Positions 45,625-56,700 of a stretch of DNA of 64,000 bases are shown piece after piece; positions within the stretch are counted from its first letter, which is position 1, and every line of letters starts with the position of its first letter. This DNA comes from Luteolibacter sp. Lineage in GTDB: Bacteria; Verrucomicrobiota; Verrucomicrobiia; Verrucomicrobiales; Akkermansiaceae. Location of the stretch: assembly GCA_044233125.1 (NCBI GenBank), contig JBIIKO010000008.1, positions 20,873 through 84,872 on the forward strand, read 5' to 3'. A model generated the notes under the pieces. It worked only from the letters and a program-made list of their open reading frames with translations, had not been told where the DNA came from and searched no databases. The position numbers and the translations under genes are program-made.

Positions 45625-46391
45625 GGCTTGGAGGAAGGAGATGTTAGCCGAGCGTGTTTGACGATGAACTCGGTGCCGACCTCGTCGATGTGATCGATCG
45701 CTCTGTCAGCCCGGGTCGAGAGCCACTGGAAAAGCAGCAATGCGGGAATGGCAATGGTCAGTCCGGCGGCGGTACTAACGAGCGCCTCGTAGATACCCGT
45801 CGCCAAATCAGAGGTCTTGGCCGCACCGCCGCTTTCGGCAGTAGCTTGGAACGAATCGATCATACCGTAAATGGTCCCGAGCAAACCCAGTAGTGGGCTG
45901 ACACTGGCGATGATCGAAAGTGGACGCAGGCTGCGGGTAATTTTCTCAGCCTCACGTGCTCCTGCATCCTCAATCGCCTTGCTAACCGCCTGGTATCCCT
46001 CATTGCGCCATTGAATACCTGCCTTCAACACGTGGCCGGCAGCCCCGCCCGATTGATCACAAAATTCCTCGGCGGCCTGGCCTGTGGGATCACGATCCCA
46101 AGCCTCACCAAGACCCTGCAGGAAATTGTCCGGCAACAACTTCTCTTTGCCCAAGGAAATGAAACGTTCAATGCCCAGCGCCAGCGCGATGATCGAGCCG
46201 ATCGCAAGAGGAATCATCACCGGTCCGCCTTTTTTGATGAGGCTGAACATGGTTTCCTTGGCTACTCCGGCGGCTTCTCCCGCCTCAGCCGCATGGGCGA
46301 TGGCGGTGAGCGCCATCAGTAGCGAGGCACTGAGGAAAAGGGTCATGCGCCGCCGCCGGCCGTCTTTCATCGTCGTATTTCGAATGTCCAT
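45621..46391 (-). CDS. exbB: MotA/TolQ/ExbB proton channel protein
   Basis: SPLLGLLGTIYGMIDSF and GIYEALVSTAAGLTIAIPA; coupled to exbD. Confidence 0.93.
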   Translation of the reverse strand: MDIRNTTMKDGRRRRMTLFLSASLLMALTAIAHAAEAGEAAGVAKETMFSLIKKGGPVMIPLAIGSIIALALGIERFISLGKEKLLPDNFLQGLGEAWDRDPTGQAAEEFCDQSGGAAGHVLKAGIQWRNEGYQAVSKAIEDAGAREAEKITRSLRPLSIIASVSPLLGLLGTIYGMIDSFQATAESGGAAKTSDLATGIYEALVSTAAGLTIAIPALLLFQWLSTRADRAIDHIDEVGTEFIVKHARLTSPSSKP

Positions 46392-46420
46392 GTCTGTTTT
46401 TTGTTAGGTGTGTGATTGAT

Positions 46421-49400
46421 TTATGAGTCGCGCATTTTATCGAGCAGCTGCCGGGCGATGATCGCCGCCTTCTCCTTGCTGAATTTACGGATCACTTCCT
46501 TGAAGCGTTCCTCCGCCTCTTCGCGTTTGCCTTGGGCGAGCAGAACGCGGCCGATTTCCAGCACGGCCTTTGCCTGCCAGTCCGGGTATTTACTGTAATT
46601 GATCTCCATGTTGACAAACTCAGCGATGGCCTTGTCATAAACCTGCATGTTGAAATGGCACTCGCCGGTCTGGAACCTTGCGCGGACGGTCCAGAGATCC
46701 ACGCTAGCCGCCGTGAGGAGTTTGGCGTATTCGGGGATGGCAGCTTTGGGATTGCCACCCATTTCATGCGCGAATCCGAGACCGAACTGCGCGTTGCGCG
46801 TCCATTTGCTATCCTTGAAGGTGGTGAGAAATTTCTTATACGTCTCTTGGGCTGCCTTGTGTTCCCCGGTCAGTGATTGGGTTTCACCGAGACGCATCAG
46901 GATCGACTCCGCGAGCTCCGGTGGCGTACCGGCGATTGCGGCTGCCGCCGCGAAATGGTCGCGTGCCGTGGCAGACTCGCCGAGCTGTAGCCGTGACTCC
47001 CCGGCCTGGAACAGGATCGACGCGCGTAGCTTGGACTGTGGGTAATCAGCTAGCAGTTTTTCTAACTGGACCGCCGCCGTCGCGTGATCGCCCTTGTTGA
47101 AATGGGCGCTGGCGAGCTGATAGCGAATGTCTTCGCGCAACTTCGCATCCTCGACCTTCGTGAGAGTTTCCGTCAGGTCGGCGATGACCTTGTCCTGAGA
47201 GCCGGCGTCGAGATTCAAATTGGCGAGCTCGCTGCGCACCTTAAGCACAAGCTCGCTTTTGGGGTAAGCAGCGATGAGTTTTTCGAAGAGTTCGGCGGCC
47301 TCCTTCTTGCGCTCGAGGGATTTCTCGCACCAGGCCCACTCGTAGAGTGATTTATCGGCAAATTCCGAGTTCGGATATTTTCCGACGAGTTCCTTGAAGA
47401 AGCCTGATGCCTCTTTCCACTTTTCCAGACGGGCGAACGAGAGCCCGGCGTAGTAAAGCAGCCGTTCACGCTTCTCGTGCTCAGGGAACTGCTTGAGGAT
47501 CTCGGGAAACAGCTTCGCGGACTCCTCGAACTTCTCCGCCTTGACCAGGCTGACCCCTTGCTGCAGGCGTGCATCGGCGGCTAGCTCGTGGGTTTTCGGA
47601 ACCTCGGAGAAGCGTTGCGCCGCCATCTCGTGCTTGCCCTCGCTGGCTTCCACCCAGGCTAGGTAGTAGGTGGCCTTGGGAACTTGGCCCGTCGCGTTTT
47701 GATTAAAAATCGGATCGTTCTTCCCAGCCTCCTTGAAGAACCGCTCCAGTGAATTCCGTGCGAGCTTGAGATTTCCCTCCTCGAAGGCCAAGCGCCCTTG
47801 TTCCGCCAGAGCAATCGGCATTTGAGGTGTGGACCAGGGATAGACATCAGTGATCGTGCTGAGGTGCTGGAACGCCTTTTGCGCATTCCCGCCTTGCACA
47901 TGGGCGACCGCCAGCTGCATCAGTGCGGTATCGACATTGGGCGTGGGTTGACCCTTGAGCTTCGGGTGCTTTTTAGAGGCGGCAACAAGGTCGTAGGTCG
48001 CCACGAAAGCCTCCAGCGGCGGAATAGCCTCCGCCCACTTCTCCTGCCGGAACAGACAATCCCCGACCACGAAAGAAAGTTGGGCGAAGAGTGTTCCCTC
48101 TGGTTTTTTAGCGAGCAATGGGGCGGCGCTGGCGAGAGCTTTTTCCCACTCGCCCTTACCATGGAAAATCTGCGCGATGCGAAACGCCGCCACCATCTGT
48201 TTGGCGTGCTCCTTATCCTTGGCGGTGAAATCGGCATAAGCGGCCGCAGCCTCGTCCGCGCGATTGAGCAAAAACAGGTTTTCCGCTTTCATGAAGCGCA
48301 TGTCACCCCCGGACTCGTGATCGGGAAAACGCTGCACGAACATGTCATTGTAGCGCATGCTGTTGGTGTAATCGGCGAGCTTATGCAGGCAGATGGAATG
48401 CAGCATGAGCACCTCCGCCATCTGACCGAATGACTTGCTACTTTCGATTCGCAACAGGATATCACCCGCCTTTTTCCAGTCTGGCTCCTTGCGGTTCATC
48501 AAGGCGTTGGCGAGGTCAAAGTTCAGGTCTTCAGCAACCGTTGTCTTTTGAAATTTTGCAGAAGCGGGCTCGAGAATCTCGGCTGAGCGATCATAGTTGT
48601 TTTGCCGGGAATGGACACGCGCCCACCAAAGGTTAGCTCTCGCTGCCACATCATCCTCCCCAGCCGCCAGTGCCTGCAAGTCTTTGTCCGCTGCTTTGTA
48701 GTCTTTGAGCTCGATCCTGCAGCGGTTAAGAATCAGCTGTGCTTCCTGAAGCTGGCGCCCGACCGCGGGTTTTTCCGGATCTGGCTTCGCCTCTTTGAGA
48801 TACAACGTGAGATCCGCCATCGCCGCCTCGTGCTTGCCTTGCAAAAACCGCGCCATGGCCAGACGGTAGCGGCACTCAGTAGCCTCCGCTCCCTGCATGC
48901 CTGACAGTGCCGCGGCATACGCCTGCTCGGCCTTGTCAAACTCCTTGAGCATGTTGTGACTCTCGCCCAAAAGATAGGCGGCGCGAACTTGCCATGCCGG
49001 ATCGGCCTTCAGCTCCGGAATTTTTGCTAACGAGACTCCGGCTTCCGCGTATTTCTTAAGTTGGAACTGCGCAAAGCCTTGCTGATAGACACCGCGCGCC
49101 GCCTGATTCGGATCAGGCTTCGCGGCGAGCAGCTTGGGTGCCCATGCCAGCACCTCGTCCCATTGCGATTTGCCAAACGAAATATCACATACCGCCACCA
49201 GCGCTGCCGTTTTCATGGCCGGGTCTTTCAGTTTGTCGAGCTCCGACACGAACAGGCTCTTTGCCTCATCCTGGCGGTTGGTGAACATCAGGCAGCGCCC
49301 CTGCAACAACGCGATGCGCTCGCGGCTGATCTCCGGATCCAGCTTCGGCTTCGCCAGCAGGGCGGCGAAGTGAGGCATGGCTTTGTCATACTGCTTGAGC

Positions 49401-49651
49401 GCATACTGACTCAAACCCGCGCCCTGGTGCGCCAAGTCCGCCTTCGGATGCGCGGCGTTTTTCTTCAGGAAACTTTCATACTGCCCGATCGCGACCGGGT
49501 AGAGCTTGCGGTTATAGGCGGCGTTTGCGACAAAGTATTCCTCGAGCACCGGATCTTTCTCGTCCTGTGCCAAGACAGAAGAGGAGACGCAAAGCGAGAG
49601 ATAAAGCGAGAGATAAAGAAAAATCACTCTGAGGACGGAAAACCGGAACAT
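46421..49651 (-). CDS. Large exported TPR-repeat protein (CpoB/BamD-like repeats)
   Basis: Signal peptide MFRFSVLRVIF...SVLAQ (ATG 49651); continuous TPR motifs (e.g. ELVGKYPNSEFADKSLYEWAW, ARFQTGECHF). Confidence 0.88.
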   Translation of the reverse strand: MFRFSVLRVIFLYLSLYLSLCVSSSVLAQDEKDPVLEEYFVANAAYNRKLYPVAIGQYESFLKKNAAHPKADLAHQGAGLSQYALKQYDKAMPHFAALLAKPKLDPEISRERIALLQGRCLMFTNRQDEAKSLFVSELDKLKDPAMKTAALVAVCDISFGKSQWDEVLAWAPKLLAAKPDPNQAARGVYQQGFAQFQLKKYAEAGVSLAKIPELKADPAWQVRAAYLLGESHNMLKEFDKAEQAYAAALSGMQGAEATECRYRLAMARFLQGKHEAAMADLTLYLKEAKPDPEKPAVGRQLQEAQLILNRCRIELKDYKAADKDLQALAAGEDDVAARANLWWARVHSRQNNYDRSAEILEPASAKFQKTTVAEDLNFDLANALMNRKEPDWKKAGDILLRIESSKSFGQMAEVLMLHSICLHKLADYTNSMRYNDMFVQRFPDHESGGDMRFMKAENLFLLNRADEAAAAYADFTAKDKEHAKQMVAAFRIAQIFHGKGEWEKALASAAPLLAKKPEGTLFAQLSFVVGDCLFRQEKWAEAIPPLEAFVATYDLVAASKKHPKLKGQPTPNVDTALMQLAVAHVQGGNAQKAFQHLSTITDVYPWSTPQMPIALAEQGRLAFEEGNLKLARNSLERFFKEAGKNDPIFNQNATGQVPKATYYLAWVEASEGKHEMAAQRFSEVPKTHELAADARLQQGVSLVKAEKFEESAKLFPEILKQFPEHEKRERLLYYAGLSFARLEKWKEASGFFKELVGKYPNSEFADKSLYEWAWCEKSLERKKEAAELFEKLIAAYPKSELVLKVRSELANLNLDAGSQDKVIADLTETLTKVEDAKLREDIRYQLASAHFNKGDHATAAVQLEKLLADYPQSKLRASILFQAGESRLQLGESATARDHFAAAAAIAGTPPELAESILMRLGETQSLTGEHKAAQETYKKFLTTFKDSKWTRNAQFGLGFAHEMGGNPKAAIPEYAKLLTAASVDLWTVRARFQTGECHFNMQVYDKAIAEFVNMEINYSKYPDWQAKAVLEIGRVLLAQGKREEAEERFKEVIRKFSKEKAAIIARQLLDKMRDS

Positions 49652-49919
49652 GGGAATTTCTAACAAAGTTTGGGTTGGTGAGCGCGAGACAAATCCATGT
49701 GCACGCTTACTATCGAACCCCACGATTTCTTCCAGTTTCTTTCTGTTTTTTTTATGAACCATGCTGTCGTTTTATCATACAGCTTTTCCATCCCGCCCGG
49801 AAACATTATCCTAACCCGTAAGGACCTATCGGCGAATGACATCAATGACTCATTTTCAAAGTTATCCAAGAAATTGTATGGCCGTAAAATATGGCAGCAG
49901 TTAGACGGGTTTTTCCCAA

Positions 49920-50016
49920 GGACCGCGTGAGTCCATGGACCGCGTGAGTCCACTCGCGCTCAAATCAACTACGCGACCAATGGGTATGAAGTAGCGCGAG
50001 TGGACTCACGCGGTCC
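49920..50016. repeat. REP-like inverted repeat: 24 bp arms (49937-49960 / 49993-50016), 32 nt loop, extra partial left arm at 49920-49935
   Basis: GGACCGCGTGAGTCCACTCGCGCT and its exact reverse complement, 3' of the first giant gene. Confidence 0.92.
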
Positions 50017-50701
50017 TCTTTAGGTCCATTTTTCGTTCCTTTGAGATTCACTCTTACCTACGGCGGCGCAGCAGAAGCAGGAGTCCAATACCACCCAGCA
50101 GCGCGGCTTTCGGCTCAGGGATGACGGTGTAGCTCAGCACGAGATCGTTGCCGGTTTGGGCGAGCGACCAGTTTCCTGTGTGCGGATCCGTGAAGCCTGT
50201 GGTGTTGATGGCCCAGTTTGCCGCATCGAAGTTGCTGATGCCACCGCTTGTTGTGAGGATGGTCCATGAGCGGCTGATTTCGCTGAAGTTAGGGACCAAA
50301 CCACTGGCGTTGTCTGCGGTCAATCCAAGCACGTTGAGGACGTAGGATCCTGTGCCGCCAGTGAGATCTAGGGTGGTGAGGTTGAGTTGGTCAAAGGCGG
50401 TTCCGGCGGTGAGGCCGGTGAAGTCGTTGACCTCCCAGTCGTAAGTGAATGACGACCAGGTTTGTGCCGTGGTATAAGTCTGGATTCCTGGGCTATTGCC
50501 GGGAGAGAGCACATCGCCGACGTTGTCGAGGGTAACGGCAACCCCAATGGTGCCCGCACCACCAAGGACGGCGCGGTTGGAGGCACCATTACCTGCGAGA
50601 GATGGAGCAACAGTCAGCGCGGTAGAGCTGTTGTAGCGCACGGTAGCACCCGCTGCTACATTGATGGCGGCGGTGCTGTTGATGTTGCCCGTGCTGCTCA
50701 C
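49972..50701. repeat. 730 bp direct duplication, copy A (3' end of the giant gene plus flank); copy B at 58326-59055
   Basis: Offset 8354 bp. No difference found on reading; the C-terminal ~215 aa and the shadow ORFs (50148/58502, 50368/58722) are identical. Confidence 0.93.
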
Positions 50702-53700
50702 GTTGAGCGTTCCTGCGTCGACGTTGGTCGCGCCGGTGTAGGTGTTGGTATTCGAGAGGGTCACTGTGCCCGCAGTCGTCTTGTTGAGCGCGATACCAAC
50801 ACCGTCAAGCCTAGCGGATGCAGAACCACTCATCATCTCGAATGTGCCAGTGCTGGTCAGAGCGGAAGTACCGGTGCCTGTGATCGAACCCCCACCGTCA
50901 AGGATTACCGTGCCTACGCTGTCCGTGAAGGCTGAGCCGAGGGCAAGAACCGCTGTGGCTCCATTCACGGTCACGCCGCCAGTAGCGATCACGTTGCTAG
51001 CACCATAAGCAAGGGTTCCTCCGCTGATGGTTGTCAATCCGCTGTAGTCATTAGCTCCCGTGAGAGTAAGAGTACCGAGACCTTTCTTAGTCAGGCCGGC
51101 CACTCCCGTTCCCGACAATTTCTGGGCAATGGTGATCGCTCTCCCATTCGAGTCGACGGTCAACCCGCCAGCCTGAATATCGGTAGTCATACTAGCGCTA
51201 TTTGCCCAGAAGCTAGCGTTGTCAACTCTGGCCACCAAGGTGCCGTTATCGAAGGTGGCGGTAGTCGCAGCGGTGGCGGCCAGGCTGTTGGCGGAAACAC
51301 TGCCGCCTCCCGACACAGTGAAAGCGCCATTCGTCGAGCCGAAGCTGATTGCTGCGGCAGTGAGCAAGCCGTTGTTGGTGACTTGGACAGAGCCCGTATT
51401 GGAGGCCCCCAGGGTAAGATTGCCTGCAGAAACGGCTCCGCCATTGATCACGAGCGAGTTACCGTTCACACGAGCGGCTTGACCTGACCCGATGGTGATG
51501 GAGTTTGCGGCCAAATTGATAATGCCACCACCCAATACCGTCACGTTGTTGTTGTCCGTTCGGTTCGAGGCGACGCCGTTACTATTCGCCCCGATTATTA
51601 GACCTCCCGACATTTCGAGGGTCGCATTACGGACCGTCACCTGATTACTATTCCCTTCTCCGCGGCTACTCCCAGCGCCACCTACGGTGAGCGATTCGAT
51701 TAATGCGTAGCTAGCAGCTCCGACGGCGGCTCCGACGTTGAATTGGTTTCCACTCGATATTGTAGTGCCTGTGCTTGAACCGAAGCCCACGGTGGTGGCA
51801 CCACCATACAACTTGGCACCGTTACTGAGTGAGAGAATGTTATTGGCGGTGTTGCCACTTGATGAAGAGCCGATATTGATTGTACCGGCGTTGTTGACCG
51901 TCACACCACCATCGATGTTCAAGACAGAAGAGCTAAGGCTGGAGCCGCCGACCGATAAGCCTCCCGATTGGAGATTCCACGTGCCGCCCAGCTCGGCCCC
52001 GTTGACTGAGGTGACTCGGGCGGTCGTGGATGACGTGTTTAAGTTATAGCCAGTGGAAGTTAGGAGGCTGGCATCATCAAGCTGCAAGATAGCGGCATTT
52101 GCGATTACTGGGTTGGCTGCCAGTGTTGTACCACTGCCAGAAAGAATCAGCTTACCACTGGTTAGGTTCGTCGGACCGCTAATGGTGTTGACACCGGTCA
52201 GCGTAAGCGAGCCATTTGCGACCGTGGAGGTGAGTGTAAGACCTTGGGTAAGGCTGGCATCGGTGAGGGCCGCACCAAAGACCACGGCATTGCCATTTAC
52301 GTCGAGCTTGAGCGCGTTGGCTCCACTGGAGCGCAGACGGGCGCCGATGTCTTGGGTGTTTGCCGCCGCCCACTGCAAGGTGCCGCCCCCAAGGGTGATG
52401 TCGCCACTGGTGCCGAGGGCATTGGGGCCGAAATTCAGGATGCCTGCGCTAACAGTCGTGCCGCCGCCATAGCTATTGGCGCCGGCGAGAATACTGGTTC
52501 CGGAACTGCCCTGCACGAAGGATGCCGTCGCGCCGCTGATCACGCCCGCCGCACTTTGAGTGAAAACGCCGGTGCCGCTGGTGGATATCGCCGTGTTGCC
52601 GGTCAGGGAACCGGTGAGACTCAGCGTACCGGTTGTGATGCTGGTGGCACCGGAGTAGGTGTTGGTTTTGTCCAAGATAAGAGTCCCTGCTCCGAGTTTA
52701 GTGACATGAATAGCCCCGCCATTTGCGCCCGTGGAATCGCCAATGACATTACCCTGAGTGAAGCTACCAGCTGTAGCAGTGCTGGTGTCAAATCCGAGAA
52801 TCGCTCCGGCCTGCAGTCCTTCCGCAGAGCTATTGGCCACCGAGATATTGTCCAGCAGTGTGCTCAAACTAGCGCTGGTGAAACCAGCAATTCCTGCGGA
52901 ATCCACGTTCATTCCAAGCGTAGCACCGCTCTTCACGTTGATTTTGGCCGCCGTCCAGTTCGCGGTGTTGCCGGTGTATAGTGAGTTTGTCGTGAGGAGT
53001 TGTAATCTGCCCTGGCTTACGGTCGTGACGCCAGTGTAAGTGTTGGTACCGGAGAGAGCGATAATATTCGCCCCTGCAGTAGTCAGATTGTTGGCTCCAC
53101 TGACGATACCGCTGACGGTAAATGTTCTGCCGGAATTGTTAGTCCATGTCTGTGATGCACCTAATTCGATATTTGCCGCGATGGATGGACTAGCAGCCAA
53201 ACCGGCATTGAGGGTAATACCATCCGCGGCGGAACCCGGAGAAATCGTCAGCTTGTATCCGTCGTTATTTAAACCGAAGGCTGTGGCCGTGTTAGTAACT
53301 GTCAGAGTCTTGACCGTCATATTCGCACCCAGCGACATACCAACCATCGTGCCGGGGGTTGTAGCGGTAGAGAAGATGAGATCGGCCGCCGCGCCAGGCG
53401 TGAGCGGCTGGTTCGAACCTGCGCTTGCAACCGTCTGCCAGTTGCTCTGGCCAGCAGCCAAGCCAGTGGAGGCCGCCCAGACACCGGTATTGCCCGCGAG
53501 TCCGCCCTTCCAGTAGGCAGTGGTGATTGGTGTGGCAGCTGTAACCGTCACGCTGATGGAACCCGCGGCACGGGTGAAACCGGAGACTGTGAAATCGGAG
53601 TTGTTGTAGACCGTGCCTAGGCTGTAGGTGCCCCCCGTCAAACCGCTGGCAGCGGTGATTAGATTATTCACACCCGCGGTAGGGCTAGCTCCGCTAATTC

Positions 53701-56700
53701 CATAAATATCGACAAAGCCTGTGCCAGACAGCGACGCCGCACCAGAGCTGGTGATGGCCGACTGACTGGCGGTACCACCCAAAGCGGTGCCGATTCGGGT
53801 GGTGGTTCCATTGCCAAGTGTCAAAACGCCGGAACCAATGTTCAGCGCGCCAGCGGTGGTCGGCGAATAGACAAATGTCTTGTTGGCAGCAATATTCAGC
53901 GCACCATTACCCAAACTGGAGGGTGTAGTCATGATCAACTTACCGTCCGTGACCGTGGTACCACCGGTGTAGGAGTTGGCGCCGGAGAGAACCCAAGTCG
54001 AGGTACCCTGTTTGTCGATAGTGACTAGCGATGAGCCGTTGTAGTCTGTAATGTTGCCGGCGAATGTGTTACCACCGGAACCGACTACGCCATTCAACCT
54101 AAGCGTCCTTGCACCATTCGCGCCGGAGAAGGCAAGGTTTTGCAGGATGGTGATAGGGCCGGTTCCAATGTTATTGAGATTACCAGCATAAGTCCCCTGC
54201 GCACCTGAGTTGGCAAGGTTCAAAGTAAACGGACGAAGGGCGAATGTTTTCGCACCGCCGCTCCATTGGAACTCGCTGTTGCTGCCGCTGAGATTGATTG
54301 CGCTCGCCGAATCTCCAAGGCTGGCAAAACGCATTTGGTAGCCGTTGTTCACTATACCTGTGAATGTATTTGCAGTATTAGTAAAATAATAACCAGTGGA
54401 GTTAGCACCAATGATCTGACCGCTGCCTGCAAGCACGCCCGTAACCGTCTTAGCGGCGTTGCCGCTATTGAGCGTGAGAACAACACCATTTACGGTGACG
54501 CCGCGGTTGTAATCAAGCGAGACGTTCGTTCCCATGTTCCATGTCATATTGCCAGTGAAAATGAGCGTACCACCATTGCCGAGTTGGGAATCCGCAGTGG
54601 TGTTGAGCTGGCCACCACTGATGCTGGTGGTGCCGGTGTAGGTGTTGACGCCCGTGGGAGTGTAAGTGCCAGAGCCAGACTTGACGAGCGACAAGGTGCC
54701 GCCACCAGTGCCGTCCTGGAGCACGCCAGCGAAGGCTACGTTTGTCGAAGTGTTAATCGTGAGCGTGGCATTAGATACCGGACCGCCACCGTTGTTGTTC
54801 GTGACTACGGGGGTTCCCAGCAACGCATTGCCGGCCAAGGCACCGATGGTGACGTTGTTGCCGAGGAGCTGGAGGCTACCGGTCGTGCTTGGGCCGAAGG
54901 TCACACTGTTGCCGGAGTTCAAGCCGGTGGCCGCGCCAATCTGGACGATGGCGTTGTTGTTGATCGTCACAGCGCTGGCTCCCATGCTGCCGGAGAACCG
55001 GGTGGTGCCGCCATTCAGGATTGTCGCCCCAGTGTAAGTGTTCGCACCACCCAGGATGGTGGTGCCGCTCCCGTTAACTGTCAGGGCGCTGGCCGTATTG
55101 TTGACGATCGGGGCATTAATGGTCACCGTGCTGGTGCTGCCGTTGTTTAGGAAAATAGTTGCTCCAGCCGCGGCGGCTCGGAGTCCGCCAGCACCACTAC
55201 CCGTAATTGTATAGGAATTCGCGCCGTTGAAGGCCATGCCGGCACCCAGATTTAGGAGATTGGTGCCCAGAGCCAAGTTCGCACCCGAAGCCAAGCCCGT
55301 AGTATCGACCGTGACGTTACTGGCGGCGACCGCACCTGAGAGAGCCTGAACGAGACTGCCGGGCGTGGTAGTGGAATCCGCGCTGTAACCGCTACCGACG
55401 AAATAAGAACCCGTCGCGCCGCCACCACTGAGAGGGAGTCCGGAACTGCCGGAATCGGTGAGTCGGACAACATTGCCGCCACTGGTGGTGGCGAAGCCAA
55501 TACCAGCCGAATCTCTGACAGTGTAGCCCGCGCCGATGATGCCACCCGACAAGGTAGGATTCCACACCACGTAGTTGTTGCCGACTGTGCCGCCCACGGT
55601 GGTTCCGGCGGAATAGTCGAAATTCAATGCGGAACCGGCACCCGTCGTTGGCGTGTTGCTTGTGATCGTGAGCGTCGTATTTCCGCTGGCACCGGGAGTG
55701 AGTCGTATGATCGAATCTGTGGCTGCCGTAGTCACCAAGCTGGCAACTGTCTGGCTACTGCCGCCAGAGGCAGGACCTCGCACTGCGAAAGTCCCACCAC
55801 CCAGAGTCAATGCACCCGTGCTAGTCATGGTCCCAGCTAAGGTTCCGTCGCCAACCTGCAGCGTTCCACGGTTGACGGTGGTGCCGCCGGTGTAGGTATT
55901 GGTGCCGGTGAGTATCAGAGTGCCATTGCCATTCTTGGTGAGGCTCCGTGCTCCACCGCTCTGGCCGATGCCACCACCCACCGTCAAGGTATTGGCGCTG
56001 ACGGTGACCGCACGGTTACCGTTAATCGTCACAGCACCTGTGCCCATGTTCAGGGACCTTGTTCCGGTGAAAGTGATGTCGCCATTCCAATCCTGCAGGT
56101 TGTTGGTGGACAGCGTGATGGCGTTAGCCGTCGAGTTGTTAAGGGTCATCGCCCCTCCGATGGTGAGCTTGCCCGTACCGAGGGCGGAAGCGTTGTTGAT
56201 GTTAAGCGTTCCAGCACTCATTGTGGTTCCACCGCCGTAGGTATTGGCACCGCTTAGAGTGACGGAATTCATGGTAGTAAACGTTAGGCCATAATTGTTG
56301 CCACCATCACTAACCACACCACCAAGATTAAGGTTAGGACCTGTTGCACCGGTCACCGTCCTACTTCCACCACTCAGGAGAACGTTTCCGTTATTATTCC
56401 ATACCATCGAGCCTGATGTTACGCGGCTATCCAAGCTGAAGTTGCCACTCCAAATATTCGCGTTTGTAGTGGTGAGGGTCTGACCTGCTGCGCCGGAAGA
56501 GGAAGATGAAAATGTTCCACCGGAGATGGTAAAAGTGCCCGTGCCAAGGGCCGCTGCATTCGTACCGACGAAGAATTTTCCCCCAGCAAGAGTAAAGCCC
56601 CCGGTGTAAGTGTTGACCCCTGTGGTCATGGTAAGATTGCCGCCCAACATCGTCACACTGCCGTTACCGCTGATCGCAGAAGCGAATGCGGTGCCTTGGG

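Noticed and set aside
39615-49651. Canonical Tol-Pal or TonB uptake operon
   Set aside because: No Pal/OmpA lipoprotein, TolA/TonB C-terminal domain or TonB-dependent receptor; the PD40 domains are membrane-tethered and fused to toroids.
49660-49953. 97 aa intergenic ORF
   Set aside because: It starts within the REP repeat, has no motif and overlaps the likely promoter of the TPR gene.
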